Source: Octopus sinensis
Lineage: Eukaryota
DNA: 64,000 nucleotides
Reading direction: 5' to 3'
Assembly: GCF_006345805.1 (NCBI RefSeq)
Contig: NC_043011.1
Location: 60,276,464 to 60,340,463, forward strand
Positions 1 to 12,879 of this stretch are shown here, in pieces. A program made the position numbers and the translations under genes. Every line of letters begins with the position of its first letter. Within the stretch, counting starts at the first letter, position 1. The notes under the pieces were generated by a model. The model was not told where the DNA came from and searched no databases. It was given only the letters and a program-made list of their open reading frames with translations.

Positions 1-140
1 AATGAAGGATAAGCCCTTGACCCCTCTCTAGATAACCCATCGTATCCAATACTGTCTCTTCTTCTCCTCCTTTTCTTATTAACCCCTAACACTAACCCCT
101 TCTCTTTTTCCTGTCTCTTCGACACTACCCCACCTCCAAG

Positions 141-460
141 TGAAGGCATGTGGCTTTATGGTCAGCAGACTTGGCTCACAATCATAAGGTCATGAGTTTG
201 ATTCTCAGTAGCGTGTTGTGTCCTTGAGCAAGACACTTTATTTCATGTTGCTCCAGTCCACTCTGCTGGTAAAAATAAGTAGTACCTGTATTTCAAAGGG
301 TCACCCTTGACGTATCTTATGCTGTGCTGAATCTCCCTGAGAACTACATTAAGAGTATACGTGTCTGTGGAGTGCTCAGCCACTTGCATGTTAATTTCAC
401 GAGTAGGCTGTTCCATTGATTGGATCAGCTGGAACCCTTGTCGTTATAACTAACAGTGCC
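141..460 (+). mobile_element. Diverged tRNA-head SINE (family A, as at 28453 and 50184)
   Basis: Shares CTGTATTTCAAAGGG...GTGTCTGTGGAGTGCTCAGCCACTTGCATGTTAATTTCACGAG...AGTGCCA with the younger copies; boundaries ~. Confidence 0.75.
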
Positions 461-534
461 AGTTAACTCCTTCCTGTTAGGGACTACTCTGTTACTCTTT
501 CCACTACCACCCTCTTAAAACTATAAATCTGTTA

Positions 535-745
535 CAGGGATGTAAACACACCCACACTGGTTGCCAGGTGGTGGGGGGCAACAAACACAGAAACAAAGAC
601 ACACACACATGACGGTCTTCTTTCAGCTTCCATCTACCAAATCCACACATAAGGCTTTGGTTAACCCAAGGCTATAGTAGAGGACACTTGCTCAAGCTGC
701 CCCATGTGGCTAGGAAGTAAGCTTCTTACCATACAGCTATGTCTC
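535..745 (-). mobile_element. SINE family B fragment
   Basis: Reverse complement of the GCTGTGTGGTAAGAAGCTT...GGCAAGTGTCTTCTACTATAGCC...GGAAACTGAAAGAAG core repeated many times in the window. Confidence 0.7.
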
Positions 746-879
746 CACCTATATACATATATATACATATATATATATATATAATACGATTTTAATTTAC
801 TAGGATTACATTACAACGTTTCTTCACTCTGCATAGTGTATGGGTAATAAATAACAAGAAATAACTTTCGAATGATGTT

Positions 880-1140
880 TTTTACTATGCAACATTATAA
901 TCCAATTTAGATAACACATCTGAGTATATAAGCATTTCTTTCTTGTCAAATTACTGTAACAATTCAGAGAAAGATGAAAGAAAGAAAATGTTAGTGATCT
1001 CCGAATATGTCTGGGAAAATACTGTGAGAATATCAAGGTGGGAAAGTAATAAGTTAACAAGTAAAATTTTATTACAGAAGAAACCAAAGTCGTTCTCAAC
1101 GTCAAGCTACAATGCTGTTTAATGTATAGAAGTATATTCA
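880..1140 (+). pseudogene. Possible decayed Penelope-like GIY-YIG endonuclease C-terminal fragment
   Basis: Broken frames read SEYVWE...KPKSFSTSS, resembling the 'LSKY.W.LK...KAK.Y/F' region of Penelope-like endonucleases as I recall it; heavily degenerate. Confidence 0.3.
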
Positions 1141-1755
1141 AAGCTATGTAGTCCAGGGAAGATAGTTCAAAATATATAAAATAATAAAATCAACCTGAAT
1201 GACTGACCAGTAATGTTTGTCCTTTATGTCTCTGAAGATGGCCAGTTCTGCAGTTTGAGACTTTATGGGTCCTGAGGTGGCTTATTAGGCAAATATTGCC
1301 ATAAAACCTATGGTTACAGTGAGGGTATGTAATAGCAGAGTCAGGGCCCAGAGGGACTTTTACTTTCTGTGTGGCTTTCCTTCTTCAGTTTGTCTCATCG
1401 TTTCTGATTCTTGGAGCAGTACTCCAGAGTACACAGCATTACGCTGCAGTGAATAACCTTGAGCAAGATGTTCCTAAGGAGACTGCTCTAAGTTATACTT
1501 TTCAAGGATGTCTTGAGAGTATTTTGTATCTCTTTGGTTCATGACATGACTAAGAACCAACAGCTAGTTCACCAAAGAAAATGTTTGTGGAATCTGGCGT
1601 TGGGATTGCATGCTACATGTTCACTTCACCACAGCTAGAATTTACTAAGAAAAACATGCAAGTTCATCATATTTGCTCTCTCAAGTACCATTGAATTCAG
1701 AATTCAATCCTATAAAGAGGTGAGGGGGAAAATAAAAAAAAATTTAATAGGGACA

Positions 1756-2160
1756 GGTGTAGCCATATGGTAATAAGTTTGCTTCCAGACCACATGGTTC
1801 TCAGTTCAGTCCCACTGCATGGCATCTTAGGAGATTGTCTTTTACTGTAGCCTTGGGCTGACCAATGCCCTGTGAATGGATTTGGTAGATGGAAACTGAA
1901 AGAAGCCCGATGTGTGTATATATATGTGTGTATATCTTTGTGTCTGTGTTTTTCCACTATCACCACCACAAATATCCACCACCACTACATGAGGACCGCA
2001 TTGGTGTGTTTAAATCCCTGTAACTTAGCATTTCAACAAAAGAGATTGATAGAATAAGTGCCAGGCTTTAAAAAAAGAAACTCAGGTTGATTCACTGAAC
2101 CAAAACTTCTTCAAGGTGGTTCCCCAGCATGCCTTAAGACTGATGACTGAAGTAAAAGAC
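1756..2160 (+). mobile_element. Full-length SINE family B with internal TA/TG microsatellite
   Basis: Head with GGTTCTCAGTTCAGTCCC, core GGATTTGGTAGATGGAAACTGAAAGAAGCCC and tail CCCAGCATG...TGACTGAAGTAAAAGA shared with copies at 16208, 32705, 33350, 56675. Confidence 0.8.
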
Positions 2161-2367
2161 AAAATATTAAGACCCTGACACTTCTGTAATCTGGCCAGTG
2201 GCAGAGAAACTGTTTGAATGACCAGGTTGTAAACAGTGCATGGAAAATTCCGACACCAAATAAAAAATGACTAAGTGAAGTAAAAGGTTTGTGAATGGCT
2301 AAAATGAGTGTTGCATGCTGTAATTGCTTTTAGTTTCAATGTATGGTTGCAGATCAAAATTACTCAC

Positions 2368-2504
2368 CAGACATGTACAACTCTGACCTCAAATCAAAGA
2401 ATTCCTTTAAATATTTACTTCCATTACAAAGTTTGGTCATTTGCTTAATCTTTGAAACTTCAGCGTCATGAACCAGTAACGCAGATTGTATCTGGTCCCA
2501 CAAC
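2368..2504 (-). CDS. Internal coding exon, 137 bp, phase 2 to 1, unidentified gene: (R)LWDQIQSALLVHDAEVSKIKQMTKLCNGSKYLKEFFDLRSELYMS(G)
   Basis: Acceptor tatgttttagcag|G, donor TG|gtgagt, 45 open codons; phase matches the end of exon 14621-14695. Confidence 0.65.
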
Positions 2505-2690
2505 CTGCTAAAACATACCAGCCAAATCTCCCTCAAATCAGATTATACTTTTCTTTTTACTAAGGAAAAAAATCAACATATTAGATAATGGTGTCTGAGA
2601 CAGTGTAAGATGGATTATATTTCTAATGGTGAGATGACGTGGCTAAAATGCCTTTGACCATAGCTCTACATAACCTCCAAGATCATCTGG
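2500..2690 (+). mobile_element. Short interspersed repeat family F (ACCTGCTAGAAATAGCAGCCAAATCTCCCTCAAATC-type)
   Basis: Similar motif at ~8525, 26820, 30880, 35460, 38840, 49495, 55995. Confidence 0.6.
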
Positions 2691-2749
2691 AAGTCATCAC
2701 TACTTCAGAAAAGTTTCTTCTATGTCATTGAGGACCAGTGCTATTGTAC

Positions 2750-3070
2750 ATGACTGCAGCTTGGACATTTCGTAAGCATATGACAGCAAAGTCTGATAGC
2801 ATTTACACAACATGTTGCAAACCATTCTGAAAATTTCATGTGAAGGATCATCCAATGAACCAAAGACTGCATGTCATTTAAATGAAAAGCATACATTTTA
2901 CAGGATATTGCTGTAGAGCTAAGTAAAAATTTGTTTGTGAAACATTTCAATGGACATCCTAACATGACTATGCATAGAGTGGCTGTCCAGCAATAGCATT
3001 CATTGACCAACTCTGTACAGACTCTGGATGTTGCCCTGCTCACCAAACACAATGGAGGACTGTGATAGGG
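2750..3070 (+). pseudogene. RTE-type LINE ORF 3' remnant
   Basis: Fragments HFTGYCCRAK (~2894) and SGCPAIAFIDQLCTDSGC (~2978) resemble the RTE/RTE-X C-terminal 'FAGHC.R...GRP..T..DQL..D.G'. Confidence 0.5.
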
Positions 3071-4446
3071 ACATAATCAAGATGGGCAAATTCAAACGAG
3101 TGGGTTAAACAGATTACAAAATTAATTGAAACACACAGCCTCAATATTATATTAGAAATACAGTTTCAAAAGGGGTTAATTATTTATTTCCATCAAAGAT
3201 GAAGAGAGAAACAATTTAAAAATCCAGAAACAATTAAAAAAAACAGAAAATCAAATGATTCTAGCAGAATATTGAGTTTTCTGAAATTAAGGCCTTAAAC
3301 TAGAAAGATTAAATTTTATATACAAACACACTTGTTAAGCAATTATGATTCAAACATCTAAGATAATATATAGATTAATAGCATCTCAATTTCTAACTGA
3401 TATAACAGAACAAAGTATATATGATGTCATCATCATATCAGTAATACCCTACATACATGAAACAAGTGCTGGCATGGCTGTATGGTTAAAAAGTTTGCTG
3501 TATGATTATATGGTACTGGGTCCAGTTCTATGGCCAGATGCCCTTCCTGTCTCCAACCACTTTACAGAGTGTACTGGGTGTTTTTCATGTGCCATAGTAC
3601 GGATGCATTTATGCAGCAGTGGCACATGTGCATTTCACATGACACCAGCACAATTGCACTTTGTGTGGCACCAGCACCTGCAAAGGAGTTGGTTGTATAT
3701 ATGGACGACTGCAATTTTACTTCACTTGATAAGTTTTCTCAAGTACAGCAAATCACCACCACTCTTGGTCTCTTGTAATTACAAAATGAAAATTATAAAC
3801 AGAACTTTTACTGAGTTACCTGGTGTTTACAAATCCTTGCATGCACCTCGATTTAACTATAGCAAAAAAAAAAGCAAATTGTAACGTATAAAGTGAGTTA
3901 TTTTTGCAACCCAATATTTATTAGACTACTTCAATCATATCAGATATGGGAGATATACAACAAATATCCATCTATTCATTTTCACTAAGTTAAAGTAATT
4001 TTATGTATGTCTGTATGTCTGTATGTAGGTATACATTCACGTAATATGTGTCTGTATTTATGCATGCATGCATGCATATATGTATCTATCGACATGAACA
4101 TGCATACACACACATGCCCCCACACGCACACTGTGCAAAAGTTCAGCTGTGAAAAGTTTATTATATCAACCAAAATTCAAATTAGTTTATCCCTATTAAT
4201 TTAAAGAAGTAAACATATATATAGATATCAACACACATCCTGAATACTATAGAAATCAGTTAGATGAGGGGTAATTAAAAATCAAATTCAATTATGCTAT
4301 AGAGTGATTAATCTATTAATCGAATAAATAACCAATATCAATTATATTAGGTCATCAAAAAGTGTTTTATCATCAGTGATATGAGGACTGATCTGCTTAA
4401 TCTTCACTTTAAGATAAACATGAAAAATCATATTTGCATGCAGTTA

Positions 4447-4489
<43 letters not shown>

Positions 4490-4554
4490 GTCTGTCTGTC
4501 TATCTATCTATTTAGATGGATGGATGTATGGATAGATTGATAGATAGATAGATA
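4447..4554. repeat. (TCTG/TCTA)n followed by inverted (GATG/GATA)n microsatellite
   Basis: Read directly from the sequence. Confidence 0.9.
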
Positions 4555-7445
4555 ACTTTCTTTATTGGCCACACAGGACTGAACACAGAGGGGACAAATA
4601 CAAATGTAGAGCTTTTCTTTTTGAAAATGAAAAATGGAAAAAAAGGAGAAAAGAAATGTAAAATATTGATCAAAAGGGTCGGGGAAAAAAAGCTATCAAA
4701 AAGGATCGTGTATCACAGAAGAAATTTTTTAAATGTAAGAAGCAAGATTAGGTTTATCCTTGGAAAGAAAAACCTACAGAAAAGAGGGAGGGAATAAACA
4801 CATGAGAGCAAAGTGCTCTCTCTCTCTCTCTTTCTTCAATTTACAGGATCATGCTCAAAGTGGTTTCGTCGCTCAGACACACCACCTTTGCTACATTCAC
4901 CCACCTTCTTTTGAAACTTTCACGAGACAAAACCTGCCTCTCCATTCTCACCTTCCTTTTCAAATGGTACTCGAAAAAGTTGATGAACAATTGGCCAGAG
5001 AGGTAAGTGTGTCTCTAATCCTTTTACTCGAGTTCACCACACACATTCTTTCACCATAGCCACCAGTACAATGAAGACTGCCTTGCCTTCTCAGTTGAGG
5101 GAAGGTGGCGGAGCAACAGTCATGATAAATTCAGCTGACAGGCGGACTCGTCCCCCACATGCGACAGCGGCCATTCGGCATAAGCCCACAGGTCCGAAAT
5201 GGTTGGACACTACATGTGTGCATGCAGAACGGTTTCGTTGCTCTCACCACATCTCAGGCAAGGTGGCCCAGTGTGTCCCAAAGAGGTAATGCTTCTCGAT
5301 AGCACTGCCAGGCTAGGGGTCTTTGGTGATTGTCCATAGGTCTCGGCCCGAAAGTTGTCCTGAACAGGTGGGTCAGGTGTTCCTCGTCAACGCCAAGATT
5401 CTGCCCGAGAACATTGTCGTACCTCCCCTCCACCCATCCTCTATAGAACGCCTTTGTAGTAATGAAGTTACACAAGTTTGGTCCCGGATCGCAGAGTTGC
5501 TTGAGAGCAACGCGACACTTGCGGTGCCATTCGCCTAGCCTCAGTCTCTGTTTGATCTACAACTGCAGTTCAGCCATGGAGACGAGCTGCAGGAAAGCAC
5601 GCCGCACATATGGTGACTACACCTGTTCACTGTCGTCTATGAAGTGCCAGAGATGTCACAGTCTCAGCACATGTATGCGCATCCTCAACCGCGGCATGCC
5701 TAGCCCTCCATTTAGTGGGTGTTGACAGCAAATGGATCATGTAACCATCGGAACTCTTCCCTTCCACAGGAAGCAGAAGAGTATGTGTTCCAGGGTCGGG
5801 ACAAGGCACAATGGTCAGATGGTACTCGATGACGGATGCGATGTATGCGTTCACCACCTCCACCTGACCTTTTAGGGATAGCTTCCTCTTGGCCCATTGC
5901 TGGGTGAGAGTGGCCACCCTAGTCATTATTTCGCCCCAGTTCTCCATTTGGAGGTCCAGACCGAACCAGATTCTGAGCAATTTAACTGGTTTGTCAGTCC
6001 AGCGTCCCACGATGGAGATGCTGTTGGATGGCATGGGCTTGCTTCTCCAGGTGCTGAGCTGCAAGCCCACTGACTTTTCCTAGTTAATTTTTGTTCCCGT
6101 TACCACTTCGTATTCTTTTAGTGTCTCGCCGACCAGGTTGATGTGCTTGTAGCTCAACACTATGATGGTGATGTCGTCCGCATATGCAGACATGCACCTC
6201 CCACATTCCAGCTCTCGTGGAATGCCCCTCAGCATTGCCAGCTTCCGCAGTAGTGGCTCAAGAGTCAATACATACAGAAGCGATGAGAGGGGGCATCCTT
6301 GATGAACCGAATGCATGATGTTAAATGGTCTGGATAGATGACCATTTATGTGAACTACCAAGTGGATACTGCTGTATAAGGCAGTGATCCAACCACAGAA
6401 GATGGGACTGAAACAAGCCTCTTTATGGACAGCTTCCAAGTAGTGATGGTCTACCCTATGGAAAGCTTTTGATTGATCCAAATTGATCAATGTCCCACCC
6501 ATGCCAGGATCCTTGACTACTCTGTCTATGATGTAGCACATCAGCTGGAGGTTGTCATGGATACTCCTACCTGGCGCGGCACACATTTGCGCCTTGTTGA
6601 CTGGTTTCTCAATGACAAGCACCAACCTCTCGGCTAACACCTTGGCCAAAATTTTCATGTGTTGAGCATAGTGATGGGCCTGAAGTTATCTATGATATTC
6701 CTCTTGTTTGGATCTTTCTTTAGCAGTACCACTGCTCCTCGCTTTACAAAGACGGGGATACTCCCATTTCACTGCCAGTTGCAGTAGTCAGCTGCCAAGA
6801 CACCTCCAAACAAGTCTGGCATATGACAATAAAGTTCGTAGGGCAGACCATCCAAGCCTGGTGACTTGTCTCTCACGCAGCCTGCCATTGCATCCTGTAC
6901 GTCAGCAGCTGTGATGGGTCTTTCAGAACACTCCGCCTCTCTTGGTGAGAGTCATGGCAGGCCATGCAAGTAGGTACTAAAGTCCACTTTGTGTTCTGAC
7001 CCACCAGTTGTCCCAAACAGTCAGGCAAAGTGTTGTTGAAAGGCCTCACACATCCTTTCAGGCTCAAGTCATTCGCACCCCTGTTCATCCATAAGTGACC
7101 TAATGGTGGCTCTGTTGGCTCATTGCACCTCCACCACTCAGGCCTCTTGCGTGGCTCCAACTCCTTTGTTAATCAGAGTACACATCCTAGCTCTGACAAC
7201 GCATCCTTCATGTTTGGCGTTGAAGTGTTGGTCGAGGGCCAACCTTGCTGTCAGTACGTTGGACGCGATGCCAGTTCTAAGTGCCTCTTCTAATTTCTTA
7301 ACTAGGTCTCCCTCTATTCTATTTTGGTCTAATGCTAGGGCCTTACTGTACCTAACTGATTCTGCTTTAATTGCTTTCTTTAGAGCATACCACCATCTGT
7401 TGTTGATGATGGCACCCATCAATGCTCTCTTAACTAATGTGGCAC
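4555..7445 (-). mobile_element. 5'-truncated, inactivated non-LTR retrotransposon, L1/Tx1 clade (ORF2 remnant plus 3' UTR with AATAAA)
   Basis: GC-richer block; minus-strand fragments KSPGLDGLPYELY, FRPITMLN, MKILAKVLA, LDQSKAFHRV, QGCPLSSLLY, YADD; C-terminus ...KRRWVNVAK...LSMIL* near 4850; AATAAA near 4560. Confidence 0.92.
5627..6900 (-). pseudogene. Reverse transcriptase domain of the Tx1/L1-like LINE, with stops and frameshifts
   Basis: ORFs 6080-6658 (contains YADD) and 5627-6070 are consecutive broken segments; KSPG motif lies upstream near 6850. Confidence 0.9.
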
Positions 7446-7726
7446 TAAGGTGGGCATCCAGCCATAGAAACTTACCAGCTTACCAGTTCCAGTGAAACCA
7501 TCTAACCCATGCTAGCATGGAAAATAGATGCTAGATGATGATGATGATGTCAAGGACGATGATTTCAGATATTTTGATTAAAAGCACAGTTAACAAAATA
7601 GAGAGTCAATTAGTGTATTGCATACAAACCAGGAGAAGCCGGTTACTTTACTACAGGTTAATCTACTGCCATATATAGCAATTTAGATAACAAGTTCATT
7701 GGATAACGGAGAATAAAAGGGCACAT

Positions 7727-7775
7727 TTTCTCTGAAGAGGGGACAATAATATCTGAAACAATATCTTGTAAAAGA
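7727..7775 (+). ncRNA. Degenerate type I hammerhead-like motif
   Basis: CTGAAGA 7732-7738, GAAA 7755-7758, stem III A-CAA/TTG-T with TATC loop, GUA triplet; stems I and II weak. Confidence 0.4.
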
Positions 7776-7899
7776 TTCCGGGTCACTTTCATGATTACTT
7801 AAGAGAATACTAAGGTGTTTATACATCAATCGTAATTTTTCTAATGAAAGCCTTCCAAATAAATAACTGTGGATACTTCGATATTCTATATATTTCAGA

Positions 7900-7958
7900 T
7901 ACACACACACACATATCTATATCAATATACATATCTCTCCCTCTCCCGCCTCTCTCTC

Positions 7959-7998
<40 letters not shown>

Positions 7999-8044
7999 AT
8001 ATATATATATATATTTATACATATATATACATACACACACACAC

Positions 8045-8090
<46 letters not shown>

Positions 8091-8120
8091 TATATATATA
8101 TACGTGTGTATGCATATATA
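7900..8120. repeat. Compound (CA)n/(TA)n microsatellite; source of several spurious ORFs
   Basis: Read directly from the sequence. Confidence 0.95.
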
Positions 8121-10152
8121 TACCCACATACGCACAATATTACTGATTGAATTGTTACTGACAATTATAGAGTATAAAACTCCATTACAAAGACTCACAT
8201 CAATAGTAAGCAAATTTAACAAATGGCCATAAAAATTCCCAGTGCAAATATGGCTATTTGCTATTAGTGTTATTATATTAAATGTCAGGAGTTTATGACA
8301 TTTGAGAGCTTATTATGTCAACTACTCTCAATATCGTTCAGTGTTACTCCTTTAAGTTCCATGAGAAGTGAATTTAATTTAATAGCTCAGAAGTTACACA
8401 AAGAACATAAAAAGTATTGGCATGGGACATCATTAGTTATGACTAATATATATATATATATATATATATATACATTATACATATATATATATATAAAGAT
8501 ATCAAGGCATCTCTAAGTAGTTAGTCAACTTGCTAGAAATGGCAACCAAATCTAAATCACACCCTGCTTTCTTACACAAGGAAAAAACATGAAAGGAAAA
8601 AACATACCACAAGGAAAAAACATACCATAGAAAGACAAAGTAGTCAAAAACTAAATTGCCTCTAATCATAGGTTTGCTACATCTGAGCTGATTTTGAGCT
8701 TAATAACAATTAAAATGAAATTTGGAATGGAATTGAGATTTTAGTTTAATTAAGTCTTAAATTATTAAAAAATTATATTTCTTTTTTACTGGTTTCTGTT
8801 ACTGTAACAGGTTCATATATGAGGCTGAAGTGAAGAATGTCGAGCAATTCACTCCTCCTCACCACCAGACCTAACTAATACTATTAGTATACTGAGTTCT
8901 AACCACCCGTTATTCATACCATTATGGCTGAGTGGTCGTGTGTATGTGTATATGTGAATGGAGTTATATGCATCAAAGTTAAGCAGGGAAAGAGCTAATG
9001 TTTACATTTATGAAGCAGCTGATCTGTTTGCCAAAGTATATCTGTGCTCATGAGAGCAGGAGCAAAAAATCTCACTTCTACACATTAAACACATTTACAC
9101 TTTTATAGGCAAGCCCGAAGAAATCCATTTTTTTTTTTTACTTCTTTTGTCTTTTCACCATCCCTCAAATCCATGTTTTCTTTATTTCTCCATGTATGCT
9201 TCTTGCCTCTTTCTGTTCTTTCAAATTTTGCTATCATCCATTCATCCTTCAAATATCATTCTTTAAATCCTTTATCACCCCCTTCCACTCCATAACCATA
9301 CACTTCACCTTATCACTCTAGCTACTGACTTCTTCTCTAACATGTTAACAGTCAGTTGTTAAACTCAAAAGACCAAAACCTAGAATAACTTCATCATGCT
9401 TAGTTCTCACACACTGAAAACTAAGGTAATTTATTCTAGATAGCCACACCCATATGCAATATACATTCATGGAGTTTGGCATTTATAATAGTAGCTGTTT
9501 GTGATAACAATGGCATTTATTGCACAATATTTCTTAGTCATGTGTATAAATCACACAACTCTCTTTAATTTGAATTGTATTCAAAAACAAAGTACAATTA
9601 CAACTTAAGCATGAGGAAGTGGCTAACATCCTAAAATTTAGTTGGCTGTCAAGCTAACTTTTATTCCTTTCAGGTTACTTAATAGGTTGTACCAAAGAAG
9701 ATCTAAAATTCTTTAAGCATTCTAGATTTTATCAGGAAATGCTGAATGTGCTTTTCTAAGTACAGATAAGAGTGGAAAAAGTTAATTGAGAATTGAAAAT
9801 CTTAACATTTTGCCAAAAGGTAATTAGATTTTTTTTTTACGTCTTTCCCCACTTATTTTTTAATTGTTTCATAACTTCAAATAAAATTAGTTTTATGTTC
9901 TTTACAGTTTTTCAAATCAGGATTTTGTTTGGAAAATTTCCTAACATTACAATATGTTTCCTTTTTCCACTTTCTTTCTGGGATTTATTTTTTAAATGAA
10001 TTTAAATGCTAAATGAAAATAAAACTTATGTCTCTATACAAACAGAGTATATTTCTTTCATAGTGTTATTTCTGCAACATGCATAGACTCATACATAAAC
10101 ACATACATACACATGTGTATATGCACATACATATATAAATACACACACACAT

Positions 10153-10196
<44 letters not shown>

Positions 10197-10339
10197 ATAT
10201 GTATATATATATATATATATATTTATTTGTATGAATATACAAAGATATATATACATTTATAAATATGTATACATGCATATGTAATCAATCCCATATACAT
10301 GCAAACACACACACACACACACACACCACACACACACAC

Positions 10340-10408
<69 letters not shown>

Positions 10409-11314
10409 CCCTGGGACAACCAATACCATGAGGCAATTTAGTTGGTGGAAGCTGCAGAAGTCTGCAAGACTGACTTGGGGGCTAAGAAAAAATAATTTTT
10501 GCATAAACACGCACTCTCATACATAGAGATAAAATTAAAGAAGTGGTTAGTATACTGTGATGAATAGCTAAATAACTATAAAACTGGTTAAGTTGATCCA
10601 CATCTCAGGCTGCCAAGGAAAAAAGAAAAAACAATAAAACTCATTCCATCATGGGAACTAATTTAATAAGATAACTCAGTGTATATGGATAGGAGTCTAT
10701 ATATTTATAAAAATACAGGGCAAGTTGTGTTTATTTTAACAAATTTTATTTTTAAGTCATAGCTTCATATGAAATGAATATTTCCAATTTTAGACTAGGC
10801 CAAGAGACATATGTATAGCTAAAGAACACAAAGGTTTTTTACATTTCATAGCCATATGCAAATGTAAATATAAGACAGGCTGTGTCCTAGAAAGCTAAAA
10901 AATCAATTTACCTGCATTACTTATGAAATAATCAGCATTTAGCGAAAATATTCAGCAGAAAAAGATATCAAGGTGAAAGTAGATCAGGAAAGAAAGTAGA
11001 ACATAAAAATAAATAAATAAATGAAGAAAGAAAGAAAGTAAAAGGAAAATTAAGAGCAATTGTATATTTAAGATAAGACTAGTGTTTTAGATACTCTGTA
11101 GGGTAAGATAGAGAAAATGAATGTAGGTGGAGTCAATAGCTGATGCCAAAACTAATTAAGGAAAGCCTGCTAACATTATAGGAAGGAAGAACTGGCTACA
11201 GATGGTGCAAGAAAAGAGGCAATAAGTTTAATCAGGGAAAACAAAACAAGCTGAAGAGAAGATAGGCAATAAAAACATATAATCTTAACTCAATGGTCAT
11301 AAAACAACTAGAAG

Positions 11315-11378
<64 letters not shown>

Positions 11379-11871
11379 GGTGTATTAAGCCAGGCACTAT
11401 TATAGTTGAATTCCTTTGACAGAAAAGTTTTGAAAAGAGATTTGGCGGATATTACAAAGAGATTCTCTATTTCTGGTTTTCCTCATGTATCACCATCTGC
11501 TTCCTCTCAGTAAATAAAAATCAGAGAAATCAAAATAGGAAAGCAGTTATTTACAAACAACATGAAACCTTTTAGTTGTTTATAGTAAATATAAGCCAGA
11601 AGCATACAAGGAAGTGAAATATCCCCCACATGACTAGTAATCCAAATCAAAAGAGATATGAACAGCAAAGCTATATAAATTCAATGCCATATTTGTCTAC
11701 TTAGGTTTGTAATTTGAATGTTTTGACAAGTTGGAATCATAATTTTCATACGCTTGTTTTTCTTTTCTTTTTGTTTTTTATTATAATCCAAATTAAAGTC
11801 TTAAAGTCTGAATAATTTTATACAGTGAAAATTACATCAAAGGAAACAGTCTTACACATAAATAATAACAC

Positions 11872-11905
<34 letters not shown>

Positions 11906-12109
11906 TGTTTCTAATTTAGGTACTCAGTTTGAGGTGGGGTGGTGGTTAGTCAATACCACGGATTGGTACTTTACTTTATTGACTTAAGAGAGAGATAAAA
12001 GGCAGAGCTGATCAAGACAGGTTTTGAACATAGAACATAAAGAGTCAGAAGAAATGCTACAAAGCATTTTCTCTGATATTCTAAGAATTCTGCCAGCTCA
12101 CTGTCCTTA

Positions 12110-12110
12110 C

Positions 12111-12152
<42 letters not shown>

Positions 12153-12340
12153 CATAATAAAAATAATAATAATAAGGTCATGTGCTGTTTATCTTGATAT
12201 GAGATCACCATGTCATGCACATATGGTTGTGATGCATGTGCCTAGTGTACCCTTATCAGACGGGAAGTCATGATGGATATACTGGGCTTCGTATATTTTA
12301 CCCCAGTGTCACTTTGATGGCATGCACTGCTCTCTCACTC

Positions 12341-12382
<42 letters not shown>

Positions 12383-12570
12383 CATAATAAAAATAATAAT
12401 AATAAGGTCATGTGCTGTTTATCTTGATATGAGATCACCATGTCATGCACATATGGTTGTGATGCATGTGCCTAGTGTACCCTTATCAGACGGGAAGTCA
12501 TGATGGATATACTGGGCTTCGTATATTTTACCCCAGTGTCACTTTGATGGCATGAACTGCTCTCTCACTC
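12110..12570 (+). repeat. Tandem duplication of a 230-bp unit ((AAT)n plus 3' end of an AAT-associated repeat)
   Basis: AAGGTCATGTGCTG at 12174 and 12404; copies nearly identical, including the AAACATAATAAAAAT interruption; one C/A difference seen. Confidence 0.9.
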
Positions 12571-12571
12571 A

Positions 12572-12611
<40 letters not shown>

Positions 12612-12879
12612 TAATCCTTTCTATTATAAGCACAAGGCCTGAAGTTTTAGGGAGGTGGACTAGTCCATTATATCGACTGCAGTGTTTCACTGGTACTTAT
12701 TTTATCAACCCTGGAAGGAAGAAAGGGAAAGTCAACCTCAGTGGAACTTGAACTCAGGATGTAGCGATGAGCGAATTACTGCTAAGCATTATACCCGGTG
12801 TGCTCATGATTCTGCCAGCTCACTGCCTTAATAATAATAATAATAGTAGTAGTGGTAGTAGTATTGGAAGGAAGGCAAA

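Noticed and set aside
1225-1270. CTGAAGATGGCC resembling a hammerhead 5' core
   Set aside because: No GAAA and no stem III.
7819-8222. ORFs rich in YI/HT/VC repeats (also 10066-10526, 16888-17197)
   Set aside because: These are translations of (TA)n, (CA)n and (GA)n microsatellites.
8811-8874. Plus-strand terminal-exon-like segment FIYEAEVKNVEQFTPPHHQT* after a good acceptor
   Set aside because: It is isolated and antisense to the better-supported gene, the opposite strand reads equally well, and no partner exon was found.
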